Shown here: piece after piece, positions 24,510 through 30,577 of the stretch
Layout: the number at the start of each line of letters is the position of its first letter
How positions within the stretch are numbered: position 1 is the first letter of the stretch
Origin: a virus
Taxonomy: Duplodnaviria > Caudoviricetes
IMG/VR virus record: IMGVR_UViG_3300032255_000016
Span: 1 to 30,577 of that record
Strand: one strand, 5' to 3'
DNA length: 30,577 bases
Notes under the pieces: model-generated
What the model saw: the letters and a program-made list of their open reading frames with translations, nothing else
What the model was told of the DNA's origin: nothing
Database searches by the model: none
Made by a program: the position numbers and the translations under genes

Positions 24510-24837
24510 GCAACCTATCCTCCACCCAAGACAACCAATCGGTGTCTTTGCCGTATTTTTCGCGCCATAGTTTCGGCTCCGCGTGGAGTGCAATCTTGCT
24601 TGTGTCCATCAGGCCAAGATGACAACCTTCACACAGAGGTAGGGTCATGCTGTCGGGCGCGCGCGCCGTGGAATATCGACCGTGGATGCAGTGATGCACC
24701 TGCGTCGGGCTATGTTGCGGCAACCGCCACTCATGGCAGATCACGCAGGGCATCGCCGCCACAGCCGCAAGACGGGCCTTGTCGCGGGGCTGTGGCGCTT
24801 CCTTGAGGCCCATAGGGGGTTTGCCTGCCAGGTTCAT
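24502..24837 (-). CDS. HNH-like (DUF968/Ref-type) Zn nuclease (111 aa)
   Basis: VAAMPCVIC...TQVHH...TLPLCEGCH...IALH motifs. Confidence 0.8.
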   Translation of the reverse strand: MNLAGKPPMGLKEAPQPRDKARLAAVAAMPCVICHEWRLPQHSPTQVHHCIHGRYSTARAPDSMTLPLCEGCHLGLMDTSKIALHAEPKLWREKYGKDTDWLSWVEDRLHG

Positions 24838-25232
24838 GCCGCGCCCTCATATGGATTTGGCTCTGACCAATTGACGCCATGCCTGTCGCCGTATTCCGCT
24901 ATGAATGTGATAAGGTCAGCCATTTGCCGAACCGACAGGCGCGACGAACGGAACCCAACCGGAAAAGGCTCACCGTTTAACCCCATTTCAAACCTGGTTT
25001 CATAGCCTAGAGCATTCATAAAAAGCGCCTTCCAGACTTCCGGCGTATGCTTGCGTCCATCAGGCTTGGCGCGGGAAACGTCACTAAGCATTGCCCAGAA
25101 ACGGGCGTTTTGGTCTTTATTCCGGGTCGCCTCGCGCACGTTGACAACGGCGTCAGGCGGCGCGCAGTCAACCAGCTTGTGCGCCAGAACGCGCTGGGAT
25201 GGGCCGCGAAGGATAACGGTCTGTCCTGTCAT
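24834..25232 (-). CDS. ninB: NinB/Orf family recombination protein (132 aa)
   Basis: TRNKDQNARFWAMLSDVS, PEVWKALF, SSRLSVRQMADLITFIAEYGDRHGVNW motifs. Confidence 0.9.
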   Translation of the reverse strand: MTGQTVILRGPSQRVLAHKLVDCAPPDAVVNVREATRNKDQNARFWAMLSDVSRAKPDGRKHTPEVWKALFMNALGYETRFEMGLNGEPFPVGFRSSRLSVRQMADLITFIAEYGDRHGVNWSEPNPYEGAA

Positions 25233-25456
25233 GCGCCATAATCCATCGGCGGGGCCTGCATGGCCGGATCATCAATCAGCTTTGATTTCAGATATTCTTT
25301 CAAGTTCACCACTTGGTGCCACAACGCTTTGTCGCCGTCGCCCAGGGCGCGGATAGCGGGCACCTCTGCGATCCATACGCCGTGAAGCTGCTGGATCGTC
25401 TTGCAACGCTTCATGCTGGCCGCAATCCGGTCCTTTTCTGCGGGCCAATCTGTCAT
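25229..25456 (-). CDS. Hypothetical protein (75 aa)
   Basis: ATGA-coupled on both sides; helical. Confidence 0.7.
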   Translation of the reverse strand: MTDWPAEKDRIAASMKRCKTIQQLHGVWIAEVPAIRALGDGDKALWHQVVNLKEYLKSKLIDDPAMQAPPMDYGA

Positions 25457-26067
25457 GCCGCCACCGGATATTTCGCGGTCAGATCGGCTGTCAGGCGGTC
25501 AACCTCTGCCAAGAAAGACGTGACTGCCGCAGTGATTTCGGCCTGTTCCTCAGCTTCCGCATCGACGCGCTGGCGAAACATCTGCATTTCCATAGGGAGG
25601 GACGGGCAGAACGAAACGAAATCGCACCAATCCCGCCCGGTGCAGACCATCTGCCATTGCATTTGCAGGCGATACTTTCGGTCTATTGCCGAGCCGGTCA
25701 GTGTCTTGATGTGCGTGGCCGGCTGTGGGCACTTGATCTCGACAAGCCCATCATCGCCAATAATGCCATCCGGCGACGCGCCGGACATTTCCAACAGTGG
25801 ATGCGGAATGAACCCAACCTCTTGAACGGTCAGGCCAGTTTCCAGTTCATAGAAGGCGCGGGCGCGCGGCTCGGTATCGGTCCCGTGCTGCATCGCTGCG
25901 CTGGTGAAACTTTCTGTTGGTTCGCCCGTCAGTCGTTCACAAACCAATTGGGCGCGATAATTTTGATATCCCGCCGTTGTGGGTTTCATCATCACGTCTG
26001 CAATCCGGCTGGCCGTGACCCGGCCTAAGCGGGCAGCGAACCATTCATCTGTCTGCTGATCCATCAC
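25453..26067 (-). CDS. YqaJ / lambda-exonuclease family protein (204 aa)
   Basis: QQTDEWFAARLGRVTAS, MQHGTDTEP.AR, GASPDG, LVEIKCP, Y..QMQWQM, WCDFVSF motifs. Confidence 0.95.
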   Translation of the reverse strand: MMDQQTDEWFAARLGRVTASRIADVMMKPTTAGYQNYRAQLVCERLTGEPTESFTSAAMQHGTDTEPRARAFYELETGLTVQEVGFIPHPLLEMSGASPDGIIGDDGLVEIKCPQPATHIKTLTGSAIDRKYRLQMQWQMVCTGRDWCDFVSFCPSLPMEMQMFRQRVDAEAEEQAEITAAVTSFLAEVDRLTADLTAKYPVAA

Positions 26068-26789
26068 GCACCGCCCTTCTCGGCAATGTCGCGGTCAAGG
26101 CGCTTCATCGCTGCGTCGAAGTCCTTGGCCGGAAAGACCTGCAAATCAGTCACGCCATGCGCCTTGCAAATCTTGTCAGGATCAATACCGGCCTCCGCAG
26201 CCTTGTCGCGCAAAGCAATGAATTGGTCAGCCGTGACGGTCCCCGGTGTGGATGCCGCACCATCGTCCTCTGTATCCTCGCCAAGCGAGAGGCCAAGGAT
26301 TGCCTGAGCGGTGTAGCGCTGCCCGTAGGTCTGGGATGACCCGACCGCTTGCACCGCATTCTTGCTTCCGCTGGAATCGCGCGGAAGGTCTATGCTGACG
26401 GTCTCGACATGACCTGAAACATGCGACAGGCGGGCCGTGACCCGGATTGTCTCACCGGTGTCCACCGCGAAGTTGAGCGCCAAGCCGTTCTCAGAGAGAA
26501 TGGGCCGCGTCTTGGCGATGATATCCTTGAGCGTGGCATAGCGCTTGTTGTTATGCCCAACCCCGTTCAGCGGGATGGCAGGGAATCTGGCCGATGCCAT
26601 GGCGAACGCGGCGGCGTGTTGCGCCTGCGCGGCTTGCTTGTCCATGCGCTCTTTCATGTCGAGCATCCGTTCCAGCCGTTCGATAGGCAGATCGGGCGTC
26701 ATTGCGATGCGCTCGATAACGCTGACCATCGGGTCGGCGGGCAATTGCGATCCTTGCGTTTCGTCTGTCATCTTTGCTACATTTGTCAT
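26064..26789 (-). CDS. erf: ERF family single-strand annealing protein (241 aa)
   Basis: RYATLKDI...RPILSENGL, LSHVSGH, QAVGSSQTYGQRY...ILGL...EDDG motifs. GGAGG SD. Confidence 0.93.
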   Translation of the reverse strand: MTNVAKMTDETQGSQLPADPMVSVIERIAMTPDLPIERLERMLDMKERMDKQAAQAQHAAAFAMASARFPAIPLNGVGHNNKRYATLKDIIAKTRPILSENGLALNFAVDTGETIRVTARLSHVSGHVETVSIDLPRDSSGSKNAVQAVGSSQTYGQRYTAQAILGLSLGEDTEDDGAASTPGTVTADQFIALRDKAAEAGIDPDKICKAHGVTDLQVFPAKDFDAAMKRLDRDIAEKGGA

Positions 26790-26818
26790 GTTGTCGGTCC
26801 TCCAATGGCCGGTGATTG

Positions 26819-26847
26819 GGCTGGCGTGGGTTGAAGTTCCGCCAGCC
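26819..26847. promoter_or_regulatory. Intergenic hairpin upstream of erf
   Basis: GGCTGGCG-TGG-GTTGAAG-TTC-CGCCAGCC with a perfect 8-bp outer stem and no U-tract. Confidence 0.55.
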
Positions 26848-27062
26848 TATTTTTCTGTGAATTGCGCGCCTAAAGCGGCGCACCGCGCTTTCAGTTTCAT
26901 TTTTCGCTTGAGCAGATCAGCAACCGGGCGATGTTTCGCGCGGGCCTCTGCTATCAGGCGATCGACCGCCTCAAGGTGTTCCGCCGCCGTGCCGATAAAG
27001 TTCCCCGGCGGCAAATTGCTGCCAGTATCATAATCCCTATAAACACAGGTCCGGTCCGTCAT
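26847..27062 (-). CDS. Hypothetical protein (~71 aa)
   Basis: ATG 27062 (ATGA overlap with the Cro-like gene); GGAG SD. Confidence 0.65.
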   Translation of the reverse strand: MTDRTCVYRDYDTGSNLPPGNFIGTAAEHLEAVDRLIAEARAKHRPVADLLKRKMKLKARCAALGAQFTEK

Positions 27063-27271
27063 TGCTCCACATCCCAACTATCAACTGGAACCGCGCCGCC
27101 AGTCACCGCTTCAATCCGGTGCCGGTAAATCTGGCGCGGGGTGTGATTACCGTTTAGCCATTGATGCACAAGGGACCGGTTGGCCGGGATCGCCTTAGCC
27201 ACCCATGCAACCTTGCGGCCCGTCCCGTCTATCCACTGCCGTAGCAGTTTTGATCCGTTTTCATTACTCAT
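27059..27271 (-). CDS. Cro-like HTH transcriptional regulator (70 aa)
   Basis: KVAWVAKAIPANRSLVHQWLNGNHTP...IEAVTGGAVPVDSW pattern. First gene of the leftward operon. Confidence 0.85.
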   Translation of the reverse strand: MSNENGSKLLRQWIDGTGRKVAWVAKAIPANRSLVHQWLNGNHTPRQIYRHRIEAVTGGAVPVDSWDVEQ

Positions 27272-27277
27272 GAAAAG

Positions 27278-27306
27278 ACGTTACACCAAACATCCGCGCC
27301 CCGCAA
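27278..27306 (-). promoter_or_regulatory. Leftward early promoter (leaderless cro-like transcript)
   Basis: TTGCGG (27306-27301), 17-nt spacer, TAACGT (27283-27278), 6 nt, then ATG 27271. No SD. Confidence 0.65.
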
Positions 27307-27319
27307 GTAAACTTTTGTG

Positions 27320-27350
27320 TTGCGTTTCGGTTTCGGATGTGCGCTTATAG
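27320..27350 (+). promoter_or_regulatory. Rightward early promoter
   Basis: TTGCGT (27320-27325), 17-nt spacer, GCTTATAG, resembling the alphaproteobacterial GCTANA-type -10. Confidence 0.45.
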
Positions 27351-27392
27351 GTTTCAGCAACGGCCCATGGGCCAAGTTTGGGAGAGAACTAG

Positions 27393-28355
27393 ATGAGCAC
27401 CGACCAAATCACCGCCTATAAGGGCTTCAACGACGATTGGACATGTCGTGGCCACCAATACGAGGTCGGGCTGACCTACGAGACGGACGGACCCGTAGAG
27501 CAATGCCGATCCGGCTTTCACGCCTGCGAAACCGCTATCGACGTTTTGGGCTACTACGGCCCCGCAGAGTCGCGTTTTGCCGAGGTTTTGCTTGAGGGTA
27601 AGTTTGACCGCGACGACTCCAGCGACAGCAAGATTGCCGCCGCAAAAATTACAGTCGTGGCTGAGTTGTCCCTGCCTGATTTCATCGACCGCGCAGTCAA
27701 GCAAATCGTCGCGATGGCGAAAGGCACAAAGAAAGAGTCGGGCTACCAGAGCGCCGCGACCAACACGGGCGACCAGAGCGCCGCGACCAACACGGGCGAC
27801 CAGAGCGCCGCGACCAACACGGGCGACCGGAGCGCCGCGACCAACACGGGCTACCAGAGCGCCGCGACCAACACGGGCGACCGGAGCGCCGCGACCAACA
27901 CGGGCTACCGGAGCGCCGCGACCAACACGGGCTACCGGAGCGCCGCGACCAACACGGGCTACCGGAGCGCCGCGACCAACACGGGCGACCGGAGCGCCGC
28001 GACCAACACGGGCGACCGGAGCGCCGCGACCAACACGGGCTACCGGAGCGCCGCGACCAACACGGGCTACCGGAGCGCCGCGACCAACACGGGCTACCGG
28101 AGCGCCGCGACCAACACGGGCGACCGGAGCGCCGCGAGTGTCGGGGGCAAGGCATCCACCGCAGTCTCAACCGACGAGGACGGCAAGGTAATGGCTGAAC
28201 GCGAAGGGTGTTCCCTGTTCGCAAACGAGATGGTGTGGAGCGGGTCCGAATATGAAATCAAGTCAAATGCTTGCGGCATTACGGGCCGCGACGGGATTGA
28301 GCCTGGCGTTTGGTATCGCGCCAAAGGTGGCCGTCTTGTGGAGGCAGACCAATGA
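27393..28355 (+). CDS. Phage repeat-containing protein (DUF7666-like N-terminus, 320 aa)
   Basis: GGAGAG SD. AYKGF...CRGHQYEVG..Y...C..GFHACE...YY...SRFAEV N-terminal domain, 9-aa repeat core, C-terminal GRDGIEPGVWY. Confidence 0.85.
   Translation: MSTDQITAYKGFNDDWTCRGHQYEVGLTYETDGPVEQCRSGFHACETAIDVLGYYGPAESRFAEVLLEGKFDRDDSSDSKIAAAKITVVAELSLPDFIDRAVKQIVAMAKGTKKESGYQSAATNTGDQSAATNTGDQSAATNTGDRSAATNTGYQSAATNTGDRSAATNTGYRSAATNTGYRSAATNTGYRSAATNTGDRSAATNTGDRSAATNTGYRSAATNTGYRSAATNTGYRSAATNTGDRSAASVGGKASTAVSTDEDGKVMAEREGCSLFANEMVWSGSEYEIKSNACGITGRDGIEPGVWYRAKGGRLVEADQ
27741..28137 (+). repeat. Tandem array of 14.7 x 27-nt units GGC(T/G)ACC(A/G)GAGCGCCGCGACCAACACG
   Basis: Directly visible; encodes G[YD][QR]SAATNT. 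Only two positions vary. Confidence 0.98.
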
Positions 28356-28723
28356 GTATGAGCGCAAACCTGCACCGCCCCGTGTCTGCAAACGCGAACG
28401 GATTATTGGGATCTGCAACGAAAATGCTGACTTTCTCGGATGCTATTGGGAATGATGTAGACATATTCTGCACCGAAGCAGAAGCCGACGCGACCGCGAA
28501 GGCGTTTATCATTGCGCAGACGCCCGGCGAACCGCTTGACCTGCTCATGTCCGCGATTGACTGCGCTACCGACTATCCCGGCACAGAAGACAGCGTGTTG
28601 AACGCTGCCGAACTCGTTTATGCCGCGCAGGCATGGCTGGCATACTGCGAAGGACACGCCGAAGAACAGGCATCCGCAGATCCGTATGACCGGCGCTGCG
28701 ATGAAGCGAAGGAAAACGCATGA
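28352..28723 (+). CDS. Hypothetical protein (~123 aa)
   Basis: ATG 28352 overlaps the upstream TGA; GGAGG SD. Confidence 0.7.
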   Translation: MSMSANLHRPVSANANGLLGSATKMLTFSDAIGNDVDIFCTEAEADATAKAFIIAQTPGEPLDLLMSAIDCATDYPGTEDSVLNAAELVYAAQAWLAYCEGHAEEQASADPYDRRCDEAKENA

Positions 28724-29082
28724 CTGATCGACTGCACACGCCTGCGCCTTGGACACCGCTCAATATGGTCGGCGAAGACGGCAAGCCGATGACCGCAGAA
28801 CAGCTTGGCGAATACGTCAAAAATTCTGTGCTGATGTCAGATGAAACGCGCTTTTTGTTCGTTTCAGCGCCACACTCAGACGGCGGCACGGTCGATGTTT
28901 GCCTCGTCGGAAATGGGCCGCGCGGACCATACAACGCCCGCCTTATCGCGGAAGCGCCAAAGATGCTTGAGATGTTGAAGACTGCTTTAACCAATATAGA
29001 GTTTATGGAAGGCAAGGGCAACTCACGTTGCGCAGTAGATATACGCGCAGCCATCGCCAAGGCTACCGGGGGTGACGCATGA
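28720..29082 (+). CDS. Hypothetical phage protein (120 aa)
   Basis: ATGA-coupled. HTPAPW...NARLIAEAPKML...RAAIAKATG, a common phage early-gene family. Confidence 0.8.
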   Translation: MTDRLHTPAPWTPLNMVGEDGKPMTAEQLGEYVKNSVLMSDETRFLFVSAPHSDGGTVDVCLVGNGPRGPYNARLIAEAPKMLEMLKTALTNIEFMEGKGNSRCAVDIRAAIAKATGGDA

Positions 29083-29162
29083 ACCGCGTTCATCTGGAAA
29101 GCCTGATCGGCTGCATCTTCATCGCAATTACCATGTTCGCAATTCTTCTGGTGACGGCATGA
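29079..29162 (+). CDS. 27-aa single-TM peptide
   Basis: MNRVHLESLIGCIFIAITMFAILLVTA*. ATGA overlaps at both ends; GGGGGTGA SD. Confidence 0.65.
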   Translation: MNRVHLESLIGCIFIAITMFAILLVTA

Positions 29163-29419
29163 ACGCATGGCCCAGAATGGCAGACCTTGAGGGCACCAAG
29201 GCTCAGCGCGACCAAGCCGAGATCGCCCGCGAGATGGCGCTTGAGGGAATGCGCGGCCTTGGCTTTGAATCTTGCTGCGATCTTTTCGCGGAGCATGTTC
29301 TTGGCCGTCCAGACGCCGAGCCGGACGCTGTTATCGCCTTCGGTGATCATCTTGGTCGCGCCGGATGGATGGAACGCAGGATTATGGCGCGTAGTGAGCA
29401 TAAGTGGCGCGCAGGATGA
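29159..29419 (+). CDS. Hypothetical protein (~86 aa)
   Basis: ATG 29159 and stop both in ATGA overlaps. Confidence 0.65.
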   Translation: MNAWPRMADLEGTKAQRDQAEIAREMALEGMRGLGFESCCDLFAEHVLGRPDAEPDAVIAFGDHLGRAGWMERRIMARSEHKWRAG

Positions 29420-30159
29420 ACGCAAATTTTGGTCTTAAGGCTCCACCAGTCCGCCCAGAGGACATTAATGTCCTGATCGGGTGCGAAACGTCCGGTGAAA
29501 TGCGCGAGGCATTCCTGGCGCGCGGCTTCAACGCATTTTCATCTGACATTGACCCGGCTGACACGCCGACCAACCGGCACATTCAGGGTGATATCCGCGA
29601 CGTGATGCAAGATCCGACGTGGCACCTGCTCTGCGTCATGCACCCGCCTTGCACCCGCCTCTGTCGGGCAGGCCAGCGCTGGCTCTACGGGCCGAACAAG
29701 ACCCATCCAAAGAAACTGCCCAAGGGCAGAACATGGGAAGACATGATCGAAGAATTTGAGGCCGCATGTGATCTGTTCGAGGCCTGCCTCCATGCACCAA
29801 TACCTCTGCGCGCGCTGGAAAACCCGGTGATGCACAAATGGGCGAGAGAACGGATAAATGGCTTGCCAGAGCCGCAGATCGTTCAGCCCTGGTGGTTTGG
29901 TGATCCGGCGTTCAAGGCAACAGGCTTCTACCTGATCGGCCTTCCTGAACTGGCCCCGACAGACAAGCTGACACCGCCGCCGCGCGGAAGCGATGAATAC
30001 AAAAGATGGCAGCAGGTGTTCCGAATGCCGCCGGGGCCAGACCGCGCCAAGCTCCGCAGCAAGACCTATCCAGGCGTCGCAAAGGCTGCAGCCGCGGCAT
30101 GGGGCGATGCGGCTCTGCGATCACAAATGACGAAGCGATCGATAGGCGCACCAGAATAG
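29416..30159 (+). CDS. Phage DNA cytosine-5 methyltransferase-like protein (~247 aa)
   Basis: VLIGCETSG (motif I variant), SDID, GDIR, HPPC (catalytic PC), ENP, QPWWFG...KAT, RSKTYPGVA. Confidence 0.8.
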   Translation: MNANFGLKAPPVRPEDINVLIGCETSGEMREAFLARGFNAFSSDIDPADTPTNRHIQGDIRDVMQDPTWHLLCVMHPPCTRLCRAGQRWLYGPNKTHPKKLPKGRTWEDMIEEFEAACDLFEACLHAPIPLRALENPVMHKWARERINGLPEPQIVQPWWFGDPAFKATGFYLIGLPELAPTDKLTPPPRGSDEYKRWQQVFRMPPGPDRAKLRSKTYPGVAKAAAAAWGDAALRSQMTKRSIGAPE

Positions 30160-30204
30160 CGGCCCTGCTGCGGCTGGATTTATCAAACTGAAAGGAGATC
30201 TGGA

Positions 30205-30345
30205 ATGCGAATTTGGAAATGGCTTGGATTGGACACAAAAGAGGCGCGCACAGAGCGGGTGAAGGACAGCAATAATCATTCCACGATCCAGTGGGCGCTG
30301 CTTATGCTGGCGGCGGTAGTAATCGCGGGCTTCATTTGGCTGTGA
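30205..30345 (+). CDS. 46-aa protein with C-terminal TM helix
   Basis: AAAGGAG SD. MRIWKWLGLDTKEARTERVKDSNNHSTIQWALLMLAAVVIAGFIWL*. Confidence 0.7.
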   Translation: MRIWKWLGLDTKEARTERVKDSNNHSTIQWALLMLAAVVIAGFIWL

Positions 30346-30370
30346 TCTTGAAATAGCGGCCCCGGTCGCT

Positions 30371-30405
30371 TGCGGGTCGGGCTGTCTCTCCCCCGTCTGG
30401 CCCGC
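30371..30405 (+). ncRNA. Hairpin with C/U-rich anti-SD-like loop (cuckoo-like candidate)
   Basis: TGCGGGTCGGGC-TGTCTCTCCCC-GTCTGGCCCGCA, a 12-bp stem with three G-U pairs. Confidence 0.4.
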
Positions 30406-30425
30406 AGAATGAAAGGAACTTTAGC

Positions 30426-30577
30426 GTGAAAAAGATCACTACTCTAACAGCGGAACAAAAAGCGAAATTCCCGCAATACGTGGCCGAGTGGACGCGATAC
30501 GGCCTTTGCTCTGAACCGGCAGACCGCCCAGCCGCCGAAAGTGCAATACAGGTAATGTATCGTGGTGCGGGGCTGGA
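30426..30577 (+). CDS. Partial ORF (runs off window end), N-terminus resembling DUF6745-associated phage proteins
   Basis: GAAAGGA SD, GTG start. KITTLTAEQKAKFPQYVAEWTRYGLCSEPADRPAAESAIQVMY... Confidence 0.65.
   Translation, partial: MKKITTLTAEQKAKFPQYVAEWTRYGLCSEPADRPAAESAIQVMYRGAGL

Larger units (their letters stand above)
1..30577. mobile_element. Segment of a tailed phage/prophage genome (podovirus-like virion module; lambdoid-like early region)
   Basis: Terminase, portal, scaffold, capsid, tail, ejection, recombination and replication genes, densely packed with ATGA/TAATG overlaps. No host housekeeping genes. Ends and att sites are not in the window. Confidence 0.97.

Noticed and set aside
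27741-28137. CRISPR array
   Set aside because: Units are contiguous with no unique spacers, are in frame within a CDS, and no cas genes are present.
27577-28224. Alternative-frame ORFs (RATGAPRPT and PCWSRRSG repeats)
   Set aside because: Stop-free by-products of the 27-nt repeat; no RBS and no domain outside the repeat.

Overview
The whole 30.6 kb window is part of a tailed dsDNA phage or prophage genome with podovirus-type morphogenesis genes. The GC-rich composition and TTG...GCTA/TTA-type promoters suggest an alphaproteobacterial host (inference). A divergent promoter region at about 27.27-27.39 kb splits the genome. Leftward (- strand): Cro-like HTH, ERF, YqaJ exonuclease, NinB, HNH/Ref-like, VRR-NUC, GIY-YIG, DUF1376-type replication initiator and loader, small ORFs and a Q-position regulator. 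These are followed by a ~300-nt structured leader, terS, terL, adaptor, fibre, nozzle, GNAT-like and four ejection proteins, and only then portal, scaffold, major capsid, a second tail fibre, its chaperone and a partial membrane protein. Rightward (+ strand): a 9-aa-repeat protein, small ORFs, a C5 DNA methyltransferase-like gene and a partial ORF. No CI repressor, integrase, tRNA, CRISPR array or reverse transcriptase is visible. The most notable unannotated signals are: (1) a 39-aa hydrophobic peptide on the opposite strand, apparently leaderless, between the ejection genes and portal; (2) a multi-hairpin late leader with a hairpin-bridged SD for terS; (3) an internal strong start in an M15-peptidase-bearing ejection protein; (4) a 27-nt repeat array varying only at two non-synonymous sites; (5) a head module displaced from terminase. 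All family assignments come from motif recognition by eye, not database searches.
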